A DNA stretch of 64,000 bases from an uncultured delta proteobacterium (GTDB lineage Bacteria > Desulfobacterota > Desulfobacteria > Desulfobacterales > Desulfatirhabdiaceae), in contig CAWBKP010000014.1 of assembly GCA_963789395.1 (NCBI GenBank), positions 288,001-352,000 on the forward strand, in the 5' to 3' direction. A program made the position numbers and the translations under genes. The notes below the pieces were generated by a model. The model made no database searches. It had not been told where the DNA came from and was given only the letters and a program-made list of their open reading frames with translations. Of this stretch, positions 48,312-59,005 are shown one piece after another. Position 1 is the first letter of the stretch; every line of letters begins with the position of its first letter.

Positions 48312-49305
48312 GCCTGAATCCGGACCCCGCACGCTTATTCGCGCAAGCAACATCGTCAAGCATTATCCCATTCTGGGCGGCGTGTTTCTCAAACAGATCG
48401 CGGCCGTTAAAGCGGTTGACGGCGTTTCCCTTTCGATCCTGCAGGGCGAAACACTTGGCCTTGTGGGAGAGTCGGGCTGCGGAAAGTCGACGCTGGGCCG
48501 CGCCATTCTTCGCCTGGAAGAACCCACATCCGGAGAAATTTTTTTTGAAGGCGAAAATATTCTCTTGTTCTCGCCGGAGCAGGTGCGCAACCTCAGAAAG
48601 CAGATGCAGATCATTTTCCAGGATCCGTTTTCATCCCTGAATCCCAGAAAATCCGTTTCCCAGATTATCGGCGAGCCGCTCTTGATTCACGGCATGAAAC
48701 GCAGGGAAGAAAGAGACCAGCGGGTGCTGGATCTGCTTGAAGTCGTCGGCCTCAGACAGGAGCACATGCGGCGCTATCCCCATCAGTTTTCCGGAGGCCA
48801 GCGCCAGAGAATCGGGATCGCCAGGGCACTTGCCCTGAATCCCAAACTGGTGATCTGCGATGAGGCGGTATCGGCCCTGGATGTCTCCATTCAGGCCCAG
48901 GTGATCAATCTTTTGAAAGACCTGCAGAACGAGTTCGGCCTGACCTATCTCTTTATTTCGCATGATTTGAGCGTTGTGGAATACATCAGCGACCGCGTGG
49001 CCGTCATGTATCTTGGTAAGATCGTTGAGGTAGCCAACAGCAGCGAACTCTATGCACGCCCCCTTCATCCCTACACACAGGCCCTGCTTTCGGCCTCTCC
49101 CCTGCCGGACCCGACCTTGAAGCGCCATCGCATCATTTTAAAAGGCGATGTTCCCAGCCCCATCGATCCGCCGTCCGGATGCCGGTTTCACACGCGGTGC
49201 CTGTACGCACAGGATGTCTGCAACCAGAAAGAACCGGAGCTTATCGATATCCAGGGCGATCATCAGGCTGCCTGCTTTTTTGCCGGGTCGGTCGGTACGG
49301 CATAA
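48304..49305 (+). CDS. dppF: Peptide ABC ATPase
   Basis: [24 protein letters not shown]. Confidence 0.93.
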   Translation: MSEPESGPRTLIRASNIVKHYPILGGVFLKQIAAVKAVDGVSLSILQGETLGLVGESGCGKSTLGRAILRLEEPTSGEIFFEGENILLFSPEQVRNLRKQMQIIFQDPFSSLNPRKSVSQIIGEPLLIHGMKRREERDQRVLDLLEVVGLRQEHMRRYPHQFSGGQRQRIGIARALALNPKLVICDEAVSALDVSIQAQVINLLKDLQNEFGLTYLFISHDLSVVEYISDRVAVMYLGKIVEVANSSELYARPLHPYTQALLSASPLPDPTLKRHRIILKGDVPSPIDPPSGCRFHTRCLYAQDVCNQKEPELIDIQGDHQAACFFAGSVGTA

Positions 49306-51257
49306 AAACGGTTCCGATCGAGCAGGCCGAATCTTCTCAGCGTCAAATAGCGGATCATTACATAAAGCGCTTTTATAAAACCCGTCCGATTGCCGGCAGG
49401 CTGTTGCCTTCGGGAAGTTGCGGCCGCAGCGCCGGGTATAAAGACGGTTGCCCCGGCTTCTTTCATGCAAAGAGACAGCTCGATATCCTCCATAAGCCTG
49501 ATATCCGGAAAACGCACCGGGAATGCCCCGCGCCTGAAGAACATCGCCTGATTGCCGAGAGAAACGCCGGAGGCAAGCGCCCAGAGGTGGTTCAACAGCT
49601 CTTTCAGCCGCATGCTGATCCGTGAATCCTCATGGATGCCCCCGAAACATCCCCCCACAATGCCGTCGTTTTCCGCAAGCGCTTTCATCATCCGGGAAAC
49701 GGCGCCAGGCAAGAGTCTGGAATCCGCAGGCAGCAGGATGACAACATCGTTTATGGCAGTACGGATGCCGTCGCAGATCTGCGTCCCCCTCTCGGACACG
49801 GAGGAAACCATCTTCACATCCGGAAACGATTGGACGATGTCAGGATTCCCATCCATGGTGCCGCCACTGACGACAATAATTTCAGCCGGGAAATCCTGAA
49901 TTTTAATGGACTGAATGCACTCAGAAATATTCTGCGCATCATTCTCCATCGGAATGATTGCGGACACGCTGTGAACCGACGGAAACCGGACCGGCCAGTA
50001 TTGGCGATTTTTCCAGAAACACCAGATCCCGGCAGCAATAAAGGGAAGAAATTCGATTCCCTGAAGCAGGGGCAAGTTATGCCAGAATGGGTGGGTGGCC
50101 CAGGGGTGGAAATAGAAAACCAGCGGTAGAATCGTTGCATGCAGAATGATCCAGGGTGTGGGACGGTACAATACCAGAAACGGGGTGAGCAGCAGCAGAT
50201 ACCAGGTGTGAAATGTCGGCGCAAAAATCAGAAAAATGGCGGATAAGAGGAACACAGACCTGAGCCTGTCAGGGCTTATAAAAAAAACAAAACCGGAAAG
50301 GCCAGCCGCGCAAAACATGGCAATCCAGGTTGAAGGAACTTCCCCAAAGAGGCTCTGATAAACATAATTGAACGGTCCATTAAAGCCGAAATCGGAGATA
50401 AAGGTATTTAAAGAGGACAGGAAATTGATTCCGGGATCATAATAAAGCAACATCAGTGAAAACGGCAGCAGAAAAAGGGGGATGTATTTGAGATTGTCGC
50501 GATCGACTAGCAGGGGCAGAAAGATGATTGGTGTCAGTTTTGTCATGACAGCCAGACCGAGCGCCGGATACATCAGCCATGGCTTCTTCTGCTGGCATCC
50601 ATAAAGGGACAGCACCGTCCAGAAAACAAGGATACTTTCAAGATGGCCTTGACCGGACACGGAAATGATCGTCATGGGATTCAGCGCATACAGGACAATT
50701 TCCCTGAAATCAAGGGAAAACGGGCGTATCATGAGCAGCAGCAGAAAAATCGTTCCTATATCAAAAAACACAAGAATTGTTTCAAAAAACCAGTGGGATG
50801 GCGATATGGCGGCTCCCGCCTTAAACAGGATCTGCGCAAATGGCCAGTAAATGGCCGGGATATATTTAAAATTGACGCCTTCCCAGTTTTCATTTCTGAG
50901 GTGTGCCAGTTCTTCGGCTTCAGGGGCAAGCAGATACGGGTTATACCCCGAAAGCTGGATTTCCCCTTCCCAGACATACCGGTTGATATCGCTGTTTGCC
51001 GGAAACTGAAAAATCGCAACGGCCCTTACAAGAAGCGCCAGAAAGATAACTGCAAAAAGCATCCGCCTTCCGGACCAGCACTTCATAATCCAGAGCATGC
51101 TCAGGAACATACCCACCGATCCAATCAGATAAAAGGGACTTCCGACAACGTTTTTCCCGGGAACCAGCAGAAACGCCGAAAAAATGGCATAGGCAATCAA
51201 AGCGCCAATGCTGTATCTTTTCTGGTGAAACAGATTTTTCAATTTGACCTCAGCCAC
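49263..51257 (-). CDS. Fusion of a multi-TM GT-C-like (DUF2029/GT87-like) domain and a GT2-like domain
   Basis: [30 protein letters not shown] in the N-part; VSAIIP...IIVVSGG...ADS...MEDIEL in the C-part; overlaps the dppF 3' end by 43 nt. Confidence 0.8.
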   Translation of the reverse strand: MAEVKLKNLFHQKRYSIGALIAYAIFSAFLLVPGKNVVGSPFYLIGSVGMFLSMLWIMKCWSGRRMLFAVIFLALLVRAVAIFQFPANSDINRYVWEGEIQLSGYNPYLLAPEAEELAHLRNENWEGVNFKYIPAIYWPFAQILFKAGAAISPSHWFFETILVFFDIGTIFLLLLMIRPFSLDFREIVLYALNPMTIISVSGQGHLESILVFWTVLSLYGCQQKKPWLMYPALGLAVMTKLTPIIFLPLLVDRDNLKYIPLFLLPFSLMLLYYDPGINFLSSLNTFISDFGFNGPFNYVYQSLFGEVPSTWIAMFCAAGLSGFVFFISPDRLRSVFLLSAIFLIFAPTFHTWYLLLLTPFLVLYRPTPWIILHATILPLVFYFHPWATHPFWHNLPLLQGIEFLPFIAAGIWCFWKNRQYWPVRFPSVHSVSAIIPMENDAQNISECIQSIKIQDFPAEIIVVSGGTMDGNPDIVQSFPDVKMVSSVSERGTQICDGIRTAINDVVILLPADSRLLPGAVSRMMKALAENDGIVGGCFGGIHEDSRISMRLKELLNHLWALASGVSLGNQAMFFRRGAFPVRFPDIRLMEDIELSLCMKEAGATVFIPGAAAATSRRQQPAGNRTGFIKALYVMIRYLTLRRFGLLDRNRFYAVPTDPAKKQAA

Positions 51258-51717
51258 TCGGAAACTCTGGAATCATGTGAGTTTTGCAACTACGAGATTC
51301 CTTTATATAACCAGTGCGTTGATAAGGCAATAAAACAATCCGGGAAACCACAAGGACGAAAATCACTGGAAGATATTTGCCGGCAAGATCAAACATGAAA
51401 ATCTCCGCCGTCCGGCGCTTCAGGAGGAATTTGCCAGAATTATCCCGGGATGGACTGTATTGGGCAAGTAATCGCCTCTCCTTTTTTTATTTTTCTTGAT
51501 GGGTTCCTTTCCGCAATTCTCATTTCCCCCCTTTTTATATTGACATAAGCCACTGAAGGCCTATACAAAAACACGGAAAAGTGCTTCATGGCAGTATTAC
51601 TATTTTTCGAACAGGCTTGTTGTCACGAATGCGGGGGGTGTTTGTTCTTTAACTCCGGCTACGCACCAACGGGCCAAATCCGTCGGAATACCGCGAATGT
51701 CTGAAATCGGGGGGGCA

Positions 51718-52053
51718 ATGTTTAATAAGCGCAGCAATACTGGATACAAACAGGCTGTCGAGGGTATCAGTCTGAAAACACTGGCATATGGAACGAAAAC
51801 GCTTCTTGCTGAATTTCGCCTGGAAAGAGGTGCTCAGCTGCCTCGTCACGCCCACCCGCATGAGCAGACAGGATATCTGGTATCCGGATGCATCCGGCTT
51901 TCCATCGGAGAGGATACGTTTGACGTGGAACCAGGCGACAGCTGGTGCATTCCCGGGAATGTAGAGCATGGCGCCGAAGTTCTTGAAAATGCCGTTGCCG
52001 TCGAAGCTTTCTCGCCGGTTCGGGAAGATTATCTGCCGGACAAACCGGTCTGA
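51718..52053 (+). CDS. Cupin domain protein
   Basis: HAHPHEQTGY, PGDSWCIPGNVEH, FSPVREDY. Confidence 0.9.
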   Translation: MFNKRSNTGYKQAVEGISLKTLAYGTKTLLAEFRLERGAQLPRHAHPHEQTGYLVSGCIRLSIGEDTFDVEPGDSWCIPGNVEHGAEVLENAVAVEAFSPVREDYLPDKPV

Positions 52054-52237
52054 ATCGTCACATATCAAAGTTTTCGACAATACGGATTCCCGACGCCATC
52101 GCCTTCCGGTTCATGTCCAGAAAGCTGGGGGCGGGAGAATACGGGCTCCGGCGAACTGGTGGACTTCCGTTGGATTCTATCTTCTAATTTGCAGGTCCTT
52201 CAGGGGTAACACATTTGACAGGCCGATATTTATCCGG

Positions 52238-53209
52238 TCAGGATTCATCTGGCAAGGTTTCGGGGATAGCCATTTGATCCTTTCGGGATTGGATGCGACG
52301 CAACCACCAATCTTCCAGCTCGCCTATGATGCCCCGCCTGAAGGTCAGGACACAGACCACGAAGATCGCTCCCTGGATGATGGTTACCCATGCCCCGATC
52401 TGGGCCAGATAATTTTGGATGGCTGTCACCAAAAAAGCCCCTACCGGGGGACCCAGCACCGTACCTACCCCCCCCAACAGGGTCATCAGCACCACCTCCC
52501 CGGAGGCGTGCCAATGCACATCGGTGAGTGATGCCAGCTGAAACACCAGTACCTTCATGGAACCGGCCAGGCTGGAAATCCCGGCAGACAGCACAAAGGC
52601 CAGCAGTTTGTATCGGTGGGTCTTGTAACCCAGGCTGATGGCCCGCGGTTCGTTTTCGCGCACGGCTCTCAGCACATGCCCGAAAGGCGAGTGGATGATT
52701 CGCTGAAGAAACAGCAATCCCAGCACAAAGATCGTCAGTACGAAGTAATACATGGTCATGTTGGAATTAAGATCGATCAAGCCGAAAAGAAATCCCCGGG
52801 GGATCGCTTGAATCCCGTCCTCACCGTGGGTGAAGGGCGCCTGAACACAGAAGAAGTATATCATTTGGGCCATGGCCAGCGTAATCATTGCAAAGTAGAT
52901 GCCCTGACGGCGGATGGCCAGCCAGCCAAAGATCAGTCCCATGAAGGTTCCCACCGCGGTTCCTGTCAGCATGGCCAGTTCCGGCGTCAAGCCCCATACC
53001 TTTGCGGCATGGCCGCACACGTAGGCGCCAAATCCGAAATAGGCTGCGTGTCCGAAAGACAATAGCCCCACGTAGCCGAGCAGCAGATTGAAGGCTGCGG
53101 CGAACAACGCAAAGCAGAGGGCCTTCATCAGGAAAACGGGGTAGATGAAAAACGGCGCAGCCAGTCCCACGGCCAGCAATGCAAGGTGGCCCATCTTTAT
53201 ATGGCGCAT
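52238..53209 (-). CDS. livM: Branched-chain amino acid ABC permease
   Basis: GLLSFGHAAY, GIYFAMITLA, SPFG..LRAVRENE. Confidence 0.9.
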   Translation of the reverse strand: MRHIKMGHLALLAVGLAAPFFIYPVFLMKALCFALFAAAFNLLLGYVGLLSFGHAAYFGFGAYVCGHAAKVWGLTPELAMLTGTAVGTFMGLIFGWLAIRRQGIYFAMITLAMAQMIYFFCVQAPFTHGEDGIQAIPRGFLFGLIDLNSNMTMYYFVLTIFVLGLLFLQRIIHSPFGHVLRAVRENEPRAISLGYKTHRYKLLAFVLSAGISSLAGSMKVLVFQLASLTDVHWHASGEVVLMTLLGGVGTVLGPPVGAFLVTAIQNYLAQIGAWVTIIQGAIFVVCVLTFRRGIIGELEDWWLRRIQSRKDQMAIPETLPDES

Positions 53210-53216
53210 GATTTCC

Positions 53217-54104
53217 TCAATTGATTCGGCCGAAAAAGCCGGCCGGTTTGATTAAAAGCACCACGGCCATGGCCACGAATATAACGGTGTTGGATGCCTC
53301 CGGGTAGAACACCTTGGTGAGGCCTTCCAGCAGCCCGAGGATAAAGCCGGTTAGCACCGACCCCATGATCGAGCCCATCCCCCCGATCACCACCACAGCA
53401 AAAACCACGATGATCATGTCGGCGCCCATGGTGGGCTTGACCTGATAAATCGGTGCGGCCAACACGCCCGCAAAGGCGGCCAGGGCAACTCCCAATCCAT
53501 AGGTGAGAGTGATCATGAGGGGGACGTTAATGCCGAAAGCCTGCACCAGTGTCGGATTCTCCGTGGCAGCCCTGAGGTATGCGCCCAGGCGGGTCTTCTC
53601 AATCACCAGCCAGGTGCAGAGGCAGACGATCAGCGAGGCCAGCACCACCCAAGCGCGGTAATTCGGAAGAAACATAAACCCCAGGTTCTGCAGCCCGGTA
53701 AGTTGGGGCGGGATCGGATAGGGCTGACCCGAAATGCCGTATATCTGCCGGAAGACTCCCTCGATGATCAGGGCCAGACCAAACGTCAGCAGCAGCCCGT
53801 AAAGATGATCCAGTTTGTACAGCCACCGCAGAAACAGCCTTTCCATAATGATCCCGAACACCCCTACCACCACGGGGGCGATCAGAAGCGACAGCCAGTA
53901 GTTCACCCCGCCATAGACCAAGCTCAGCCATGCCACATAGGCTCCCATCATATATTGGGCGCCATGGGTGAAATTAATGACGTTTAAAAGGCCGAAAATC
54001 AAGGCAAGCCCAAGGCTGAGGACTGCGTAAAAAGAGCCGTTGATGACGCCCAGAAGCAGCTGGCCGAAAAATGCCTGGGGAGGTATGCCGATCAGTTCAA
54101 ACAT
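53217..54104 (-). CDS. livH: Branched-chain amino acid ABC permease
   Basis: GLALIFGLLNVINFTHG, TRLGAYLRA, VVIGGMGS. Confidence 0.9.
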   Translation of the reverse strand: MFELIGIPPQAFFGQLLLGVINGSFYAVLSLGLALIFGLLNVINFTHGAQYMMGAYVAWLSLVYGGVNYWLSLLIAPVVVGVFGIIMERLFLRWLYKLDHLYGLLLTFGLALIIEGVFRQIYGISGQPYPIPPQLTGLQNLGFMFLPNYRAWVVLASLIVCLCTWLVIEKTRLGAYLRAATENPTLVQAFGINVPLMITLTYGLGVALAAFAGVLAAPIYQVKPTMGADMIIVVFAVVVIGGMGSIMGSVLTGFILGLLEGLTKVFYPEASNTVIFVAMAVVLLIKPAGFFGRIN

Positions 54105-54170
54105 GATGCGATCCCATCATCCGGTTGGATACCCGGGCCCCCATTGCCGGGGTCCGGGCCGCGTAACAGG

Positions 54171-55394
54171 CTATTTTTTCTTTTCAAGAAGGTAGGAACA
54201 CTTGGTATCGGCCAGAGGCTTGTACGCTTCGTCACCGGGTATGGTGCTCAGTATCTTGTAATAATCCCAGGGGTACTTGGATTCCTCGGGCTTTTTGACC
54301 TGGACCAGGTACATGTCATGCACCATGCGGCCGTCTTCACGCACCTTTCCGTTCTTTGCAAAGAAATCGTTCACCGGCAGTTCTCTCATTTTCTGGGCCA
54401 CGGCTTTGGCCTCATCCGTACCCGCAGCCTGAACGGCTTTCAGGTAATGCATGGCGCCGGAATAACATCCGGCCTGGCTCATGGTGGGCATACGGCCGTT
54501 CATACGCTGGCTCCAGCGCTTGGACCAGGCACGGGTTTCGTCGTTGAAATCCCAATAGAATCCGGTCGTCACCACCAGCCCCTGGGCAGACTTAAGCCCT
54601 AGACTGTGGACATCCGAAATGAAAACCAGCAGTCCGGCCAGGCGCTGGCCGCTCTGGGTAATCCCGAACTCGGCAGCCTGTTTGATGGCATTGATGGTGT
54701 CGCCGCCGGCATTGGCAAGGCCGATGACCTTGGCCTTGCTGGCCTGGGCCTGAAGCAGAAAAGAGGAAAAATCGTTGTTGGGGAAGGGATGGCGAACCGA
54801 GCCAATAACTTTTCCGCCGGCCTTGGTTACAGCCTCGGACGTGGATTTTTCCAGGTCGTGCCCAAAGGCATAGTCGGCTGTCAGAAAAAACCATGTATCG
54901 CCGCCGTCCTTAACCATGGCAAGGCCCGTGCCATGGGCCAGGGCGTAGTTGTCATATGTCCAGTGAAACCCCGTGGGCGAACAGTTCTCGTTGGTCAGGA
55001 TAACCGATGCGCCGGTGGAAATGATATCAATGCGGTTCTTGTTCTTGCAGATCTCCTGGACCGCCAGGCAGACGGAGGTGGTTGGCAGGTCGATGATCAT
55101 ATCCACGTTTTCCACATCAATCCATTTGTTGGCAATGTTGGCCCCGATGTCCGGTTTGTTCTGATGGTCGGCAAATACCACCTCGACGGGTTTGCCCAGC
55201 ACTTTGCCGCCGAAATCCTCGACAGCCATCCTGACCGCTTCCACCGAACCCGTGCCGCTCAAATCGGAATAAGTACCCGATTGATCGTTAAGCACGCCGA
55301 TCTTGACAACATTGTCACTTACCTGTGCCCAGACCGATGGGGCCAGAAAGCAACCCAGAACAAACAGAAACGCCAGACGGTTTAATTTTTTCAT
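54171..55394 (-). CDS. LivK-like ABC substrate-binding protein
   Basis: Signal peptide, VKIGVLNDQSG, ADHQNKPD, TADYAFG. Confidence 0.9.
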   Translation of the reverse strand: MKKLNRLAFLFVLGCFLAPSVWAQVSDNVVKIGVLNDQSGTYSDLSGTGSVEAVRMAVEDFGGKVLGKPVEVVFADHQNKPDIGANIANKWIDVENVDMIIDLPTTSVCLAVQEICKNKNRIDIISTGASVILTNENCSPTGFHWTYDNYALAHGTGLAMVKDGGDTWFFLTADYAFGHDLEKSTSEAVTKAGGKVIGSVRHPFPNNDFSSFLLQAQASKAKVIGLANAGGDTINAIKQAAEFGITQSGQRLAGLLVFISDVHSLGLKSAQGLVVTTGFYWDFNDETRAWSKRWSQRMNGRMPTMSQAGCYSGAMHYLKAVQAAGTDEAKAVAQKMRELPVNDFFAKNGKVREDGRMVHDMYLVQVKKPEESKYPWDYYKILSTIPGDEAYKPLADTKCSYLLEKKK

Positions 55395-55468
55395 CGCAAC
55401 TCTCCTTTTCAGTAATGATGCATACCTGCCAAAGTCTGAATTCACCTATCCCGTACAGGAATCAGACA

Positions 55469-56179
55469 TTAAACCCCGAGATACCGCTGCAGCTTTTCGG
55501 TATGATCTGCAATCCGGTCATTAAGGATCATGTCAATCACCGTCCCGTTCTCCACCACGAAGTGGCGGTCAGCCACGGTGGCGGCAAAATGGAAATTCTG
55601 TTCCACCAGCAATATGGTGTAACCTTTGCCCTTAAGGTGCCGGATGATATCTCCGATGTGCCTGACGATCAGCGGCGCCAGCCCTTCCGTGGGTTCATCC
55701 AGCAACAGCAGCCTGGCCCCGGTGCGGAGGATGCGGGCGATGGCCAGCATCTGCGCCTCGCCACCGCTGAGCTTTGTGCCTTGAGTCCGTCCACGCTCTT
55801 TCAGGCGCGGGAACAATTCATAGATTTCATCCAGCGACAGGCCTCCCGGCTGCACGACCGGTGGCAGCAGCAGGTTCTCTGTGACCGAAAGGCTGCTGAA
55901 GATGCCACGCTCCTCCGGACAGTAGGCAACACCCATGCGGGCGATACGGTTGGATGGCAATGTGGCAAGATTGGCCCCCTTAAACGCCACCAAACCCGTT
56001 CGCTGGGTCACAATGCCCATGATGGCCTTCAATGTCGTGCTTTTTCCGGCACCGTTTCGCCCCAGCAGGGTGACCACCTCGCCCCCCGGAACCCCAAAAT
56101 CCATTCCCTGCAGGATATGGGATTCACCGTAGTGGGCATGAAGATCTCGGACGTTCAGCATCAGCTTGTCATCCGTCAT
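55469..56179 (-). CDS. livF: ABC ATPase
   Basis: GRNGAGKS, LSGGEAQMLA, DEPTEGLAP, VEQN. Confidence 0.92.
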   Translation of the reverse strand: MTDDKLMLNVRDLHAHYGESHILQGMDFGVPGGEVVTLLGRNGAGKSTTLKAIMGIVTQRTGLVAFKGANLATLPSNRIARMGVAYCPEERGIFSSLSVTENLLLPPVVQPGGLSLDEIYELFPRLKERGRTQGTKLSGGEAQMLAIARILRTGARLLLLDEPTEGLAPLIVRHIGDIIRHLKGKGYTILLVEQNFHFAATVADRHFVVENGTVIDMILNDRIADHTEKLQRYLGV

Positions 56180-56927
56180 GGCCGGTCCCCATATACGCTT
56201 CTATGACCTGCGGATCAGCCGAAACCTGGGAATAGGTTCCTTCGGCCAATATCTGTCCGTTGTGCAACACGGAAATATAGTCGGAAAGGTCAGACACCAC
56301 ACTCAGGTTGTGCTCAACCATCAGCACGGTGCGGTGGGCCGCCACCTGGCGGATCAGGGCGGATATGCGTCCGATGTCCTCTCTGGCCATACCGGACATG
56401 GGCTCGTCGATCAGCAGCATCTCCGGTTCCAGGGCCAGGGTTGTGGCGATTTCCAGCGCCCGCTTGCGTCCGTAAGGCAGCTCCGATGCCTTTTTGTCCG
56501 CGTATTCGCTCAGTCCCACTGCATCCAGCATTTCAAAGGCTCTCTGGTGTAACCCGTGCAGCAGACGATCCGAGCGCCAGAAGTGAAAATGTTTGCCGAG
56601 CTTGCGCTGCAACGCCAGTCGGATGTTCTCAAGCACGGATAAATTCAGGAAGACCGCCGAAATCTGGAAGGACCGCACCATTCCCATCAGCGCGATATCG
56701 GCCGGCGCCATGCGGGTGATATCCTGTCCTTTATAATAAATCTGTCCCTTGGTTGGCTGCAGGAATTTGGTGATCAGGTTGAAACAGGTGGTCTTGCCGG
56801 CCCCGTTGGGACCGATGAGGGCGTGGATGGTACCTTTTCTCACTTTCAGGCTGAGATCGCAAACGGCGGTGAACCCCTTGAAGTCCTTGTAAAGATGGCG
56901 AGTTTCAAGCAGATACTCCTGACTCAT
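56169..56927 (-). CDS. livG: ABC ATPase
   Basis: GPNGAGKT, LPYGRKRALE, VEHN, EAYMG. Confidence 0.92.
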   Translation of the reverse strand: MSQEYLLETRHLYKDFKGFTAVCDLSLKVRKGTIHALIGPNGAGKTTCFNLITKFLQPTKGQIYYKGQDITRMAPADIALMGMVRSFQISAVFLNLSVLENIRLALQRKLGKHFHFWRSDRLLHGLHQRAFEMLDAVGLSEYADKKASELPYGRKRALEIATTLALEPEMLLIDEPMSGMAREDIGRISALIRQVAAHRTVLMVEHNLSVVSDLSDYISVLHNGQILAEGTYSQVSADPQVIEAYMGTGHDG

Positions 56928-57362
56928 ACGGGGGCGCGCTCCCTGCTCTCCGGCTGTATGTAAAATTTACAGTGATTCAGATAGGTTCTGTAATGCTGAT
57001 CTCAATTTCTCTGATTTAGATTCAGTTCTTGTTTAATAATTTATAATATATTTGCTACCATGTTTATTGATCCGTGTCAATTGTTATCCATGCAAAGAAA
57101 TCTCAGCATCAATCCCGGAAAACCTGTTCCGGTTGGTCCTGATGGCGCTCCACGGCCGCTGCCAACATGCCGGCCAGTTCCTGAATCAGACAGCTGACCA
57201 GCGGGAAGCCGGGATTATATTGATGTCGATTCCGGCAGCTTCGCGCCACCTTGCCACCCTTGGTGACTCTGTTGCGCTGCGCTCCAATACTGCCGCCAAA
57301 TTCGGAATGCCACTATCAGAACGAATACAATTATCAGTTTGAAAACATATGGTTTCTGAGCA

Positions 57363-58964
57363 TTATGATTGCTGGGTTTTCTGTTGACGGGCAGGCATCT
57401 GAGACATGATGAATTCAGACAGTGCCGTGATGGTCAGGCTGGGATTGACCCCGAGATTGGCCGCGACCACCGAACCGTCTGCCACAAAAAGATTCGGATA
57501 TCCGAAGATTTCGCCGTTAATGCCCACTACCCCCTTCTCGGGTGATTCGCCCATGCAGCATCCGCCAAGAATGTGCGCCGTGGTGGACGTATTGAAAACG
57601 GCTTCCGGAATCGAGCTCAAAGGTTCACCTTTCATTTTTTTGGCCAGGCGTCTGGCCACCTCATTGGCAATGGGGATGTAGGTCGGCGCACGTTTTTGAC
57701 CGGTCGGGAGCGAGGAATTCATGCTGAGCCCGCCAAGCCGCCACCATCGGGGTTTATAGTCCAGCTGGAGATAGTTCTTGTCGGTTTGCATGACCAACAC
57801 AACAGTTGTTGTCGATGCCATTCCCAGAGGCCACAGAAGTTTTATAAACTGCAGCGGATGCCGGACAATATTGCCAAGATACCGCATCCAGCGGGGAATG
57901 ATCCCGCCGCCATCGGTCATCAAGGTAAACAGATTCAGCAGAACGTCCGAGCCTTTGTTGTATCGGACCATCTCGATGTGCGTGGTATCATCGGCATAGA
58001 TGCCGGATGTAATTGCGATCTGATCGTTCCAGTCAATAGTCGTATCATTTGATTTTACGCCCAGAAGCGCTTCTGAATTCGTTCGGACGAAATTGCCGAG
58101 TTGATCGGAGATTTCCGGCAGCAATCCTTCATGCTTGCATTTCATCAGCAGCTTGACGGAACCCATCACCCCCCCGCTGAACACCACGCCCCGGGCGCGA
58201 TAGCTTCTTTCCGGATGCCGCAGTCCGGTCGACTTCCGGGAGATGATTTCATACCCGCCGTTGCAGGGTCTGACACCGGTGACCTCGGTTTCCGGAATAA
58301 TGCGCGCTCCCAGTCCTTCCGCCAGGTAGAGGTAGTTTCTGTCGAGCGTATTTTTGGCACCCACAGGACACCCGACCATACAGGACCCGCAGAACGTGCA
58401 TCCCGTGCGCTCAGGGCCTTTGCCGTCAAAATAGGGATCAGGCACCGTTTTGTCCGGCGTGCCGAAAAAAATGCCCACATCGTTTTTATGGAACGTATCC
58501 TTGCCCCTCAGCTCAATACCGACCTCTCGAAGGGCTTTGTCGGCAATGCCGATCTGCGGGCTGGGGTTGGCGCCCAGCATTTTCTTGGCGGTTTCATATT
58601 GGGGCATCAGCTGGGCCTTGCAGTCCGGAATGCCCCAATCCGGATTTTCAAAAACTTCTTCCGGCGGCACCAGAAGCTGGTTTGCATACACCAGGCTTCC
58701 GCCGCCGACGCCGCCCCCGTGAAAAATGAGGACATGCTTTAACTGCGTCAGCATCTGGTAGCCGAAGCAGCCGATCATGGGCAGCCACAGGTTCTTTCTG
58801 ACGTTCCAGTTGGTTTTGGGAAAATCCTCTTTCTGCCAGCGTTTGCCTTTTTCCAGCACAGCAACCGAGTACCCTTTCTCAGCCAGGCGAAGGGCGGAAA
58901 CACTGCCCCCAAAACCCGAACCGATGACAATGTAATCGTAGTCGAATGTATCCAGTCTGCTCAT
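57363..58964 (-). CDS. GMC-family FAD oxidoreductase (cholesterol oxidase-like)
   Basis: IGSGFGGS, GVGGGSLVYAN, CTFCGSCMVGC, TAHILGG, GVNPSLTI. Confidence 0.9.
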   Translation of the reverse strand: MSRLDTFDYDYIVIGSGFGGSVSALRLAEKGYSVAVLEKGKRWQKEDFPKTNWNVRKNLWLPMIGCFGYQMLTQLKHVLIFHGGGVGGGSLVYANQLLVPPEEVFENPDWGIPDCKAQLMPQYETAKKMLGANPSPQIGIADKALREVGIELRGKDTFHKNDVGIFFGTPDKTVPDPYFDGKGPERTGCTFCGSCMVGCPVGAKNTLDRNYLYLAEGLGARIIPETEVTGVRPCNGGYEIISRKSTGLRHPERSYRARGVVFSGGVMGSVKLLMKCKHEGLLPEISDQLGNFVRTNSEALLGVKSNDTTIDWNDQIAITSGIYADDTTHIEMVRYNKGSDVLLNLFTLMTDGGGIIPRWMRYLGNIVRHPLQFIKLLWPLGMASTTTVVLVMQTDKNYLQLDYKPRWWRLGGLSMNSSLPTGQKRAPTYIPIANEVARRLAKKMKGEPLSSIPEAVFNTSTTAHILGGCCMGESPEKGVVGINGEIFGYPNLFVADGSVVAANLGVNPSLTITALSEFIMSQMPARQQKTQQS

Positions 58965-59005
58965 TGGTTCTCCTCTTGAATCTATTATTTAGCCGTCGCT
59001 CTGTT

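Noticed and set aside
57052..57342. 96-aa ORF between the liv operon and the GMC gene
   Set aside because: TTG start without RBS, no motifs; cannot be supported
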